From contig NC_042999.1 in NCBI RefSeq assembly GCF_006345805.1, positions 61,008,001-61,072,000 of the forward strand: a stretch of DNA of 64,000 nt, written 5' to 3'. Within the stretch, counting starts at the first letter, position 1, and the number at the start of each line of letters is the position of its first letter. Positions 14,321 to 27,799 of the stretch are shown piece after piece. A program made the translations under genes and the position numbers. This DNA comes from Octopus sinensis (Eukaryota). Below the pieces are notes generated by a model. It had not been told where the DNA came from and made no database searches. It worked only from the letters and a program-made list of their open reading frames with translations.

Positions 14321-14795
14321 AAGTGTTATCATGTACATTGTTTTGTCTTGGTATAAAAGATGGGCTACAGCATATATTCTGCTCAATGCTACAGATTTGC
14401 TTGTCAGTTGTTTGACCTTAACCAGTTGAGCATGTCCCTTAGTGGCTGACGATATGTGTATCTCTGATCACGAGCAGAAGTAGTGGGGGAGCATCAAAGC
14501 CATGTGTTGAGAGGGATTATTTGGGGTTTGAATAATTCACCTCTGGAAACATGGGTGTTTCGTTCAACATCCTTAAACAACCCTTATTCAGGGACCTTTC
14601 GAGTGGGATGGGTTACTCGACCTGAAGAAAATTCTAACTGGGCCCCACCTGCAAGGTCATGTGCTGTTTAATTTGATATGAGATCACCATGTCGCGCACA
14701 TTTGGTTGTGATGCATGTGCCTTGTGTACCCTTATCAGACGGGTAGTCATGATGGGTATACTGGGCTTCGTATATTTTACTGGGCTTCGTATATT
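14321..14795. mobile_element. ~560-bp non-coding repeat family flanked by AAT/GAT microsatellites, copy 1 (truncated)
   Basis: Aligns by eye with 14842-15370 and 31458-32013. Confidence 0.85.
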
Positions 14796-14841
14796 ATTTT
14801 AATAATAATACGATGATGATGATGATGATGATGATGATGAT

Positions 14842-15370
14842 AAAATGCTCTGATGCTCTACCAGACACTGGATATCATGGCTTCTTTTCTTAACTGATTG
14901 GAAATACTATCATGTACTTTTTTTGTCTTGGTAAAAAAGATGGGCTACAGAAGTTACTCACTTCAATGCTACAAATTTGCTTGTCAGTTGCTTGACCTTA
15001 ACGGGTTTAGCATGTCCTTAGTGTAGAAGCAGTGGGAGAACATCATAGCCATATGTTGAGAGGAATTCCTTCTGGTTTGGATAATCCATCTTTGCAAACA
15101 TGAGTGTTTCGTTTAACATCCTCAAACAATCATTATTCAGGGACCTTTTGAGCGGGATGGGCTACTCGACCTGAAGAAAATTGGAACTGGGCCCACCTGC
15201 AAGGTCATATGTTGTTTATTTTGATATGAAATCACCGTGTCGTGCAAATATGGTTGTGATGCATGTGCTTGGTGTACCCTGGTGTATCAGACAGGTAGTC
15301 ATGATGGTATACTGGGCTTCGTATATTTTACCATAGTGTCACTTTGATGGCATGCACTGCTCTCTCACTT
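14842..15370. mobile_element. ~560-bp AAT-flanked repeat family, copy 2 (more diverged, tandem with copy 1)
   Basis: Begins AAAATGCTCTGATGC after (GAT)n and ends GCACTGCTCTCTCACT before (AAT)n. Confidence 0.85.
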
Positions 15371-15383
15371 AAAAATAATAATA

Positions 15384-15890
<507 letters not shown>

Positions 15891-16053
15891 ATTACTATTA
15901 TTATTATTATTATTATAATTATTATTATTATAATAACAACAACAACAACAGCCACCACAACAATAAGAGAGATTACTTCGCTATTGGGCAGAGGGTTGCA
16001 TACATCCTAACCGCAAAATGAGTCATATAAAAGTGGTTTACTCACAGACGTTT

Positions 16054-16084
<31 letters not shown>

Positions 16085-16145
16085 CATACATACATACATA
16101 CATACATACATACATACATACATACATACATACATACATACATAA

Positions 16146-16179
<34 letters not shown>

Positions 16180-17772
16180 GATAGATAGATATACATATCT
16201 AATTGTAGACACACACACATATTGCATATATGTGTATTGATATAAATATGTGTATGCATATATACACAAACATATACACGTAGATATACATATAAGCAAA
16301 ACCTTGGACAGGAATGTAATAATATATTCGTGATATTAAGACATGTACATGTTTAGCCCTAAATCAACTCTGACCAAGCATACCTATGATCAAAGTATTG
16401 TACCTGTGACCATCCAGTCTTTCTGTTATTGTTTCAGACAAATTTTGAATATTTGGCACACAAGGCTTCATATCCATAATTGTGTGAATATGCTACCAAT
16501 TTGGTACCGGGACGCATACCTCTGATAAACAATTACATTGGTCGGTTTCCGTAACCTGAATGCTCTTTATGTCTCATTGACCGTCTCTGGATTTGTAAGA
16601 ACAAAGTGATGTTATGTCATGAGGGGAGTGGCTCGTCAGCATGATAGAAACTGGATACCATATTTTTGAAGAGAGCGCCTAGTTTTGTGTTCTATGTTAT
16701 CTACCTACATAACTTCTAAACTATATTAGTTTATTCGGTCCTTCACTCTCTATCTCGGACATTTATGAGAACCAGACTTTCCTACTTTGCATTGGAACCT
16801 CTTCATAACGTACAACCACAATGTAGTTTGCCGTTCAGTATAGCGTCGCTGTTTTTCCTCCAAAGAGTTTCTTATTAGATCCCCGCTTTTCTTTAATTGA
16901 CTATTTTCCTCCATGGACAAATATCAGTCACTGTGCAGTTATTCCGAGGAGAAAAAAACCTTTGATTTCTCGCTCGTTTTGACTTTTTACTATACTAGTG
17001 TCACTGATTTCGCTTGCTTCTAATCTGGATGTTCCCGGTGCTACGACAAATGGTTATCCGGAAAGATGGGTAGCAACAATTACGGTATTCATCTTTGGGG
17101 TACACTGCTGATATTGTAGCGATGATCTCGATAACAGGGTTGCCTACTTTTGCTTATTCCTGTCTTCGATGTGAGGGATGAATATTTCCAAATGATTAAT
17201 TGTTCCACAGACGTGGAAAAACTCTTCGTATTCCCTCCACAATTACTTTTCTGCAGGGAGATCTGGTCTGGGAGTCTTTCTCAGGCTTATATGGACGATC
17301 TCAAACTTTTCATGGAAAATTACTTCCAGTGTGATCCCGAACCAGTCTCACACCTTGTTACTTTCACATTAAATAATGTTTCGCTTTCCATTAATACTAG
17401 TCAGGGCATTGTAGAGACTACTTTAGTGAAAGAGGCCTTACTATTGTTCTGCCGATATTATAGCTTTCGTTGCTGTTATCGTTCCTTTTGGAGTCCTACT
17501 GCTGTTGATTCTGCGCCTGTTGGTGCTGTTGTAACTTTCTCTTTGCAGTGGTAACCTTGTGCCATTATAGAAACATTCCTTGTGAGAATATGTGCATGTG
17601 TGTGTATATGTGCATATATTAATGTATGTATGTGTGTGTGCGTGCGTGTATGTTTGTGTGTATGCATGTTTATTTGTGTGTGTTCGGTGTCCAGTAGTAT
17701 ATATCTATACGTCCAAATAGGCATTACCTATATCACCGTAAGACACATTCACGCTGATTATTTGCTCGCAAC

Positions 17773-17915
17773 CTAGCGTTTCGGCAAAAGAGACCGATAG
17801 AATAAGTACTCGGCTTACAAAGAATAAGTCCTGAGGTCGATTTGCTCGACTAAAAATGGTGCTCCAGCATGGTCACAGTCAAATGACTGAAACAAGTAAA
17901 AGAGTAAAAGAGAGA
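17773..17915 (+). mobile_element. SINE family A, 3' tail only
   Basis: TTCGGCAAAAGAGACCGATAGAATAAGTAC...CCAGCATGGTCACAGTCAAATGACTGAAACAAGTAAAAGAG. Confidence 0.85.
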
Positions 17916-20900
17916 GTATGAAATACCACTCGTACATACTTCAATACGGTTCCCGTACTTGTTTGTTCCGTATATTATAGAAGTAACTTCTGGACAGGCG
18001 TGTAACACACAAATTCTGTACTTTTATCATTTTTAAACACATACCAAATATTCGAAAAATATTTCATTTTGCATTAAAATAAATTTATTCAATAATTAGG
18101 ATGATTTTTTTAAAAATATGTTTAACGATACAAAGTAGTCCAAAGATATAATGAATTTTACTGAAAAAAAAACAAAACAAAACTCGGAAACACAGTAACC
18201 AAGAAACCTGTTGCAGATGCAAAAGTATGAACGTTCGCTCACTATATGATAATAATAATAATAAATGCAAAGAAGAAGAATATCAGCAACAACAAATATA
18301 CTGTATGTAAACAAGCTAATGAAGCGCTAATTGATTTAGTCTCTGTAAAAAGAAAATAACAACGTGAAGAGTCAGAATATGACGTAAAGCCTGAAGGATG
18401 ATTGTAATAAACGGATTCTAAAATTTATTGATATTTACCTCACATAATTAATCTATTGAAAATGTTGGCCGCTTCAGGTTACCTGAAGTAAAGAAACTAA
18501 TGATGCGGCAGACAAATTCATGCTACATATAAATAAACTGGCGAATAGAAGCGTACGAATAGAAGGGCAAAAAGATAACGGTGTAAACAATACACTGAGC
18601 TACAAAGAATTTTGTCTATTTACTTAATTCAAATATTTAGTACTAATACTTAATGCATAATAAATATTTGCTCTACCCGACTCTCGGATGAAGGCTAACA
18701 CAGCACAAGGCTGAGCTTTTCTATATGCAACTAAAAAAACCAAGTCCTCCTCACATATAAAACCTGACAAAATTGCACATATACCGATCAGAGTATTCTG
18801 CCAAATATTAAACAGATGAAAGAAGAATTCATTCCTTGAGTGTGATATTTCAAAAATGAGAAAACTGAAGCGGGCTGAAACCAATATGGTGATAAATACA
18901 TATTTGGCTACCCGATGAAAATGATGACTATCAAAATAAAGCGAGGCTCTAGATTTTACAAATAAAGCAGGAAAGGGAGAAAGGTTGCAAAAATGTGACG
19001 CGAGGAATATGTTTCAATTCTACATCGATATTTCACAGCGACACGCAACAGAAAATAAAACGGCAATTCTGGAGTGAACCTAACCCTGATCTAAACCTAA
19101 TGTCGGATTCAAAGAAACTAACTAACATCGTTATATTATCGAATCCAAAATAATTATATCAAGAATCGATATTTAGCTAAAATAAAGAAGCAATAAATAA
19201 CAAAAGCCAAGGGAATGAATTAAAATTAAACTGCAAAAATAAAAAAGACATTGAGAGCATAAACCATGATGAGAAAGCTAATACTGTGAGAATATAAAAC
19301 GTAAACCAGTTAAGAGCAATACAAGCAAGTATATTTTTATAGGAAAAATGTAAAAATTAAAAAGTAAAAAGATTATCAAGATGGGAAAGACGAACATGAC
19401 AATATGAAGGTAGAAATAATTAAGGAATTAAAATCGATACAAGAACTTTGTATGGACCATAGAAAGTTCTTCATATCGATATAAAAAAAAGTAATGAACC
19501 AGCAACGACAATGAAAATCAAACGCAAACTTCTCCTCACAGACTTAATGAATACTTGAATATTTGAATATCAAAACATACTGAAACAATATTTCAAACAT
19601 ACATACAATAGAACATAAAACATATAAGGAAAGATGATTTCACATTCGTTAATGAAATCAATGAGGAAAAGTCATGGCTGAAAAAAATTAATGAGAAATA
19701 TAACCTAAAATAAGAAATTTCTGTAAACAAAAATAGCATTAAAAAAACAGAGATCCTCGCTAAATCTCAAAGAATCCGTTGTATGAAGAAGGACAAATAG
19801 TTTGGTTGTTTTTTTTTTGTTTTTTTTAACAAAGCAAGCAGATCAATTTCAAATTAAAACAACGTTAATAAGAACTTAAGAAAATGAAACACAAATCGAT
19901 TCAGCAGTAACAGTCAGATACATAATCTGGGGCGGGGTGTATGGACAGCAAATGAATAACTATACAGGCAGCAGTTGAAAACAACGAGCAGTGAGCATAG
20001 CTCTTGAAAGTCCATATCATCTGACGTAGAAGCTCCGATGCCAGAAAAAAAAATAGCTGGAAGGCAACTTCAACGAAACCACATTCAGTCGTTTAAACTA
20101 TTCAAGAGAAATACTCAAAATCAGCAAGGATGTGTAATAAGGAACCGAAGGAGCCAGGGAAGATATCTGAATAGCTTACGGAAGCGAAACCGATCTTGAA
20201 TCCCATGATTAAAGAAACGTCAAATACCAAAATCCTAGAATCTTATAATTTGTCTTTTTACAGCTCGCAAAGCTAAAACTGCGATAATATTGAAAACTAT
20301 GTAGAAATACATAGAAAATCCATTCATATCCTGGATTACATAAAGGATGCTATAAAGTTCCATGTGGTTGTAAGTATCAAATAAATATATATGAATAAAA
20401 TCAGAAGATTATGGCAGAAAATGGATATGGTTACGATATGTGCTGAATACGAGAAATATTGTGATAGTGTTCTCCATATGTTTTTCTGGAAAAAATATTA
20501 GCCATGGGTAAATAATTCCTAATACTCAGTACTTATATTAAAGACGTCATGGGCTAAAGGAACAACCTCTGCAGATAAAGAATTATGAAAACTATCCTCA
20601 TTCGAATAACACTGCTGTGACATCGCAGTTAATCGTTTTTATTCATGAGCGGCCTGGAGGTTTTATCTTGGGAAGATAAAGAAAATAGCAATATTGCTGC
20701 ATGCGATGCAAGAATTCACATGTGGTACGCATAAGAGTATTGTGTTGAGAAAGTTGCTGTGTTTTGAATGTAGAATAAAACAAAAACAAAAAAAATTGAT
20801 GTCATGCTAGAGTAGAAACAAACATAAAATAAATTTGAACATACATAAAATAGCAAACAATCTGAAATAAATTTCACCCTTTAGAATACAACATACACCA

Positions 20901-22013
20901 ACGAAAGGCAAATTTCACAAATATTATAATTCTTTAGATTAATATTTAGACAGAACGAATGAGAAATTTTAATTATAATAAATATAGATGTAACGATAAA
21001 AGTCATTAATATTTGACTTCTTCATAATTAGATATCATATTTAGTAGACCCTAAATGAATTAGAATTATTCAACTGGAAATCCTTTAAATTATACTACCC
21101 AAAGTCTGACACAGAATTACTTCGGATACAGTGAGGTAGAATTTGAAGTTAGAATATTCTGAAGTTAGAACATCCTATCAAATATCAACCATAGAAAGTA
21201 AGTTATAGCATATTCTACTCAATACTATACACAAACAGAAAGAATTTCTTGAAGGGGAAATACCGCAAAACCCTAGCAGCAACTGTTAAAGTACTTCTAA
21301 GAAAGGAGAATATAATTTCAAGAAATTAAGAGTAATTTTTCAGCTAATTTACTTGCTTGGGAGAAAATAGTTTTGTCTTTGCATACAAGATATAATTTTG
21401 AACATATTTCAGTCTGTTCGTCGTTACCAACACATGGTTTAAAGCAAGTTTACCGATCAGCTGACATGGGTTATTTACGAACAGAAATATATATATATGA
21501 ATAATATTCAACGAATATAATTTACATAATTAGCTTAATTTAAAGTGGCTTACAGTATAAAATCTCAAATTGGCAAATTAATTCCAAAATTCATTGAACA
21601 TTGCTGTTAATTACTGCATAGTTTTTTTTTTTGACTTAAGTTCCCAAATACGAAGGAACTTTCAATTAATTAAATGTAGCCTTATTGTTCTCCTACTTCA
21701 TTCAGTGCACCACCTCTTAGAATAATTATACAAAATTATGCTTTTAGCCAATTTCATTATTAGTCGCAGTACATTTTATTTTTAATAAAGGAAAGAATAC
21801 TTTCTGTTTTAAAATAATAGAAGACGATAAGTGAATGTGTATATAAATCTGTGCACAAGTGTATGTATACGCAGGCGTATATGTATGTATACATATATAA
21901 ACATATGAAAGTATATGTATATATGTATGCATATATATATACTGCCATATACAATATATATAGATGTACCTATATATATATACATATATTATATATATAT
22001 GTATATATATATA

Positions 22014-22045
<32 letters not shown>

Positions 22046-22079
22046 GTACATATATACATATATATGTATATATGGGTAG

Positions 22080-22318
22080 AGGATGTCACAAAACGTAAGC
22101 AACATGAGATACGAAAACAAAGTTGGGTACGAAAACAGGGAGAGAAACAGACAGAAAGCAAGACAAGTAACATAAAGAACGTCCTTCATCAGTTGTCGGG
22201 AGTAGATGGACAGCTGACAACTGATGAAGGTTCATGTTCTCCTTTTGTTTCTCTCGTTGTTCGCGTACCCAACTTTGTTTTCGTATTTCATGTTTTATTT
22301 TACATTTTGTGACGTCCT
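22080..22318. repeat. ~240-bp imperfect palindrome in TA/GATA microsatellite
   Basis: Outer ends AGGATGTCACAAAAC / TTTTGTGACGTCCT; shared GAAAACAAAGTTGGGTAC on both arms; inner arms CCTTCATCAGTTGTC (22183-22197) / GACAACTGATGAAGG (22216-22230). Confidence 0.85.
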
Positions 22319-22332
22319 GTACATATATATGC

Positions 22333-22449
<117 letters not shown>

Positions 22450-22502
22450 TACATATACATATACATATACATATATATGTACATATATATATATATATAT
22501 AT

Positions 22503-22866
22503 GGCTTCAGTCCCACTGCGTGGCATCTTGGGCAAGTGTCTTCAGCTATAGCCCCGGACCGACCAATGCCTTGTGAGTGGTTTTGGGAGACGGAAACTGA
22601 AAGAAGCCTGTCGTATATATGTATATATATATATATATGTGTGTGTGTTTGTGTGTCTGTGTTTGTCCCCTTAGCATTGCTTGACGACCGATGCTGGTGT
22701 GTTTACGTCTCCGTCACTTAGCGGTTCGGCAAAAGAGACTGATAGAATAAGTACTGGGCTTACAAAGAATAAGTTTCGGGGTCGATTTGCTCGACTAAAG
22801 GCGGTGCTCCAGCATGGCCGCACTCAAATGACTGAAACAAGTAAAAGAGTAAAAGAGTAAAAAAGA
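22503..22866 (+). mobile_element. SINE family A, 5'-truncated
   Basis: TTCAGTCCCACTGCGTGGCATCTTGGGCAAGTG..., internal (TA)n(TG)n, tail to (GTAAAAGA)n. Confidence 0.88.
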
Positions 22867-22909
<43 letters not shown>

Positions 22910-22982
22910 TATATATATATATATATTAATATATTATTTATATTATTTGACTGAACGCCATGAATCCATTTCAAAGTAAGTT

Positions 22983-23014
<32 letters not shown>

Positions 23015-23015
<1 letters not shown>

Positions 23016-23177
23016 GGCGCAGGCATTGCCGTGTGATAACAAGCTTGCTTCCCAACCACATATTACCAGGTTCATCCACACTGCATGGCACCTTGGGTGA
23101 GTGACTTGTACTGTAGCCTCGGGCCAGCCAAAGCCTTGTGGGTGGATTTGGTTGACGTAAATTTAAAGAAACTCGCC

Positions 23178-23244
<67 letters not shown>

Positions 23245-23410
23245 TCCCCCACTATTGTTTGTGTATTTACGTGACCGTAACGTAGCGGTTCAGCAAAAGA
23301 ACCGGTAGAATATGTACTAGGCTTACAAAGAATAAGTCCTGGGTTTGATTTGTTCAACTAAAGGCGGTGTTCTAGCATGTACACAGTCAAATGACTGAGA
23401 CAACTAAATG
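23015..23410 (+). mobile_element. SINE family A
   Basis: AGGCGCAGGCATTGCC head, internal (TA)n(TG)n, same tail as the other family A copies. Confidence 0.85.
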
Positions 23411-23420
23411 AAAGAATTTA

Positions 23421-23633
23421 TATTTCTTTACTGTCCACAGGGAGCTAAACACAGAGGGGACAAACAAGGACAGACACACGGATTAAGTCGATTATGTCGA
23501 CCCCAGTGCGTAACTGGTACTTAATTTAACGACCCCGAAAGAATGAATGGCAAAGTCGACCTCGGCGGAATTTGAACTCGGAACGGCTACGTATTTCGCC
23601 CGGCGTGCTAACGTTTCTGCCAGCTCGCCGCCT
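23421..23633 (-). mobile_element. SINE family B, near full length
   Basis: Reverse complement begins AGGCGGCGAGCTGGCAGAAACG (A-box-like) and contains GAGTTCAAATTCCGCCGAGGTCGACTTTGCC (B-box-like). Confidence 0.85.
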
Positions 23634-24933
23634 TCAATTAAGTGATTCAATATATTGAACTGAAGCTGAATTAGCAGACCATTCCAATCAGAGAGAACGA
23701 AAATTACAAATTTATTCAATTAAACTTATCTAATTATAATGGTATAGAAAGCTATACTATAAAGATCGAAAGAAACGTCCTATTATGTTTAATGTCATGA
23801 AAAAAGTAAACATAGGTATAGAGTTGCTAAATAAATATTCATCCACTGGTTTCGAGCGCCGGACCCAAAACGAAGACAGCAGAGAGCATCATCTTTTTGT
23901 GACACAGTATCGAATCTCTCCTTCATGATGTTCTTAAACAGGTGATGAAGCAGAATAAAGTAAGAAACTGCAGACTGTGTGGAGACTGAAAAAAGCAATT
24001 AACAATATTGTCTCTATTTGCTCTGCATTAACCAAGAAAAACGCATTTTTCTGATATACGGGAAAATAAATGTGCTAGAAACATAAAATATTAGCAAATA
24101 CGTAATATTACAAATATACGCCTAAAATTGTTTCTGGGATATGGCAATATTTAAAGACAGGGTCTAAAGTGTAGCTAAATGGAACCGGTGTCAAATACAG
24201 GAGCAAAAGAAGCACCTCTTGGCCAAACGTGTGGTGAAGACATACTATGATTTAAAAAAAAGCGAGAAATATTTAGAGTTGAAGGTAACCAAAATGCCAG
24301 CTTGCAAACATCATATATAAAAAGAATATATAAAAAGAATATATAAAAACAAGTTGTAAGCAAGGATGAAATGTCTTTGAGTATGTCATGACGAATGAGA
24401 TGACGCTAAAGGAAAAACATAGATACAGCTTTTTAAAACCAACGAAACTCGGTCATTTAAACATATCAGTCAATTTTTTGTCATTCCACACCCATCTTAC
24501 AAAAACGAAGGATGTAGGATTATTAGGACAAGACTATCCTTTATTATTTATAAGTCAGAGTTTAGCCACTTTGGATTATTTATCAACCACGATGAAAACA
24601 ACTAGATTGTCTGGAGATATGTTTGACAATCATAGAAGAAAGCAACTGAGTGATGATATGGGAGGGTCGTAACTATAAAGGGTTACTGATACGGTATGGT
24701 AATACAAAAGGTCGTGTGAAATAAGGCTTAACTTAAATACCGTTTTTCATTCGGCAGACTCAGGATAAAAGATATCTGATCCATTCCCATCATTTTGTTT
24801 TCATACCTATAACGACTTTGTTGAACGGAGACTTCTATTTTAAGAGGGTAGGTTGGAATATATAAAAGATTCGATTGCTCTGGCTGCACGCACGATCATA
24901 TAATGTTTTCCTCGGTCGTTGATAATAATACAA

Positions 24934-24976
24934 CGTCGTCGCCGTCGTCGTCGTCGTCATCGTCGTCGTCGTCGTC

Positions 24977-25013
<37 letters not shown>

Positions 25014-25033
25014 CAGCAGCAGCGGCAGCAGCG

Positions 25034-25067
<34 letters not shown>

Positions 25068-25075
25068 TAGTTGTT

Positions 25076-25110
<35 letters not shown>

Positions 25111-25125
25111 TGCAGCCGTTGTTGT
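24934..25125. repeat. Compound trinucleotide microsatellite (CGT)n(AGT)n(AGC)n(AGT)n
   Basis: Directly visible; produces spurious poly-R/S/L ORFs. Confidence 0.95.
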
Positions 25126-26538
25126 TTTTGACTAGCCCTTGACAAACCCATGATCTCTACAATTGCATATCAGCGGTGACCATCCAATTTTTTTTTACTG
25201 ATTGTGTATCCATTGGAATTATATGCAACGTGTTCTTCATCTTTTAAGACAGTGTGGTATAATTTAAGGGTCAGGCGGCTGCTATGTCTAGCATTTCGAG
25301 CAACCATCTTTAGACTCATTCATTGGTTCATTGTTACAAAGATTTATAACATAGTTGATATTGACAGATAAAAGCGTCAAATTTGCAGTGATTACGCAAC
25401 AATATGAGAGAGTTATAATAATCGCTATCCAACATTATTCATCCAATATTGCTGCGAAGCACTCTATGTCATGTCAGTAGATAAATTCACCTAATAAATA
25501 AGCGTCAGATTGCTGTTCTAGGAATATATGTAAAATGGAGAATTTTATTATTGTCTTCCTTAGCGTGATGTTCAGAAGATATGTTAAGACGAACTGACTT
25601 TCATTTCATTAAATTAATACTTCCGTACTCTGTTCTGAATAAGATACTCTCCGAAATGCAACTGTCAAAGCGTTTGACATACCTCTTCATTGTTCTCTGG
25701 TTAATAAGATAGATACATGCAATTTACATTGTATTACTATATAGCTACAGAAGATTCAATAAATCCGGATAATATAACTAATAGTGGAACATTTAAAACA
25801 AATATAGAGTTTCTACAGTATTCTCATAAAATCCAGTGACATTGTGTGGTTGTTGCCACAGAATGTTCTACCCTGCTAAATCTACCGCTCTGTTGTAATT
25901 ATAAACATGCAAAGTTTAAGCTGTTTCTAGACAACATAACTTCAGACTGATTTAAAAGTGGTTTGTGAGTGTGTATTATTAGATCTAATGACGAATTATG
26001 GCCTCATGACTTGATACTTCAAGAATATAATTATTATAAAGAAAATTTAATATCTATAGTACATGTGAGACGCTTACCTAGCACGTCCAGGATATACGCT
26101 TGTGTAAGTAAGCTTATTAAAACGATAAATTGATATTTATTTAATCAAGTTTGAAGAGGCATTAATCACTGACGTTAGTTTTGCAGTTTGATATTGATTC
26201 AAATGATTCTTAGCTTCAGTCTTTATAGAAACTTATAGAATTAAGATATGAAAAAGAAAGGATTACAAACATAAACATCTCAAGAGAGGAATGGGTTGAT
26301 AGCATATAATTCCTCGGTGTAATGCTGTAATGTATTATGCGCAGATAGGATCAGACGCATCGGGACAGTTTAATTGGAGTTAGTACTAGTTCACAGGAGA
26401 ACAGATTATAGCAGTATTAGAAGGGACAGATAAATGAAGCTGGACACTTGTTTCAGAATCTTTGTAGCGCGTTGTAGATTAAGTTCTGTGTTAATTAGCC
26501 ACGGATTCGGTGCATATATTTACTCTTTTCTGTATATT

Positions 26539-26759
26539 TATTTCTTTACTACCCACAAGGGGCTAAACACAGAGGGGACAAACAAACGGATTAAGTCGAT
26601 TATATCAATCCCAGTGTGTAACTGGTACTTATTTAATCGACCCCGAAAGGATGAAAGGCAAGGTCGACATCGGCGGAATTTGAACTCAGAACGTAGAGGC
26701 AAACGAAATACTGCTAAGCATTTCGCCCGGCGTGCTAGCGTTTCTACCAGCTCGCCGCC
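26539..26759 (-). mobile_element. SINE family B, near full length
   Basis: Same sequence family as 23421-23633. Confidence 0.88.
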
Positions 26760-27159
26760 CTTTTTTTCTTTTTATTTTCTTTTTTTTTAAAGACGAAATA
26801 CCTATCAAGCCAAAAGTACTTTCTAACACTGAAGGGAAGGTCTGGTAGTAAAAGTGCAGTTTTAATTTTCACTGATATGGTCGATCAAACTTCTTCAGAA
26901 TCGTGCACCAGTATGGCCACAGGCTCATGAATAACACAAGTGAGATGATAGCATTCGAGTACTTCAACACACGTACTTTTATCGTTATCTTTTGACTTTT
27001 ACCCGTTCAATCACTGGAATGCGACTATGCACAAGCACTGCTTTTTTAGGGTTTTGTATTCAAACAAACTGCACCCCCCCCCCTCATTCCGGTATACATT
27101 TTTTAAGTGTATTTCTTATTCTTTCATTTTCTGCTCTTATTTATTTTTTTTGTCGAACT

Positions 27160-27400
27160 ATTAAGACACAGGACCGTACAGAAACCAGATTTATGCAGCT
27201 CCTATCCAACAGTTTTTGAAGAAACATGGTTCTCGAGGTGGTCATTAAGCTCTGCACTAATTTGGGAGCTGTACTTTTGGGAATCCTTTCTAACAATTCG
27301 CATATGAGTTCCACGGTCCTTATCTGAAAGTTTGGGTTTTCTTCAAGAGATTTGTTTCGACCAGGAGGTTTTTTCCTCTTTCTCAAAGGCTGTCATTACT
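27160..27400 (-). pseudogene. Tc1-family transposase N-terminal (HTH) fragment
   Basis: Manual translation (frame not in the ORF track): VMTAFEKEEKTSWSKQ / LSDKDRGTHMRIVRKDSQKYSSQISAELNDHLENHVSSKTVG*ELHKSGF, matching the Tc1 pattern GRKPKLSDRDRR..RIVRK...TA..I.AEL....VS..TVRRELH..GF. Confidence 0.7.
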
Positions 27401-27537
27401 CACACATATGCATACACACATATGCACAATATGCATATATACGCACATATATGTATATGTATGTATGCATCTATCTAGTCATCTGAATGTCTATCTATCT
27501 TTCTATCTCTCAGTCTATCTCTATCTCCCCCTCTCTC

Positions 27538-27574
<37 letters not shown>

Positions 27575-27799
27575 ATATATATATATATATATATATAATA
27601 CATGCATACATACACACATACACACACATATATACACACGCACACACACACACACATATGTATGCATAGATAGATATTAGAATATACACCATATTGTAAT
27701 CTTTTATTATTTTACTTGTACAGTCATTGACTATACCGTGCTGAACACCATATTATATATATATACTATATATGATATATATATATATATAATAATAAT

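Noticed and set aside
17150-17554. ORF containing AYMDDLKLF (resembles an RT active site)
   Set aside because: No other RT motif at the expected spacing in any frame I examined; 16500-17560 may be decayed TE sequence but cannot be classified by eye.
20264-20369. Apparent exon (TTTTTACAG ... GTAAGT)
   Set aside because: All three frames contain stop codons.
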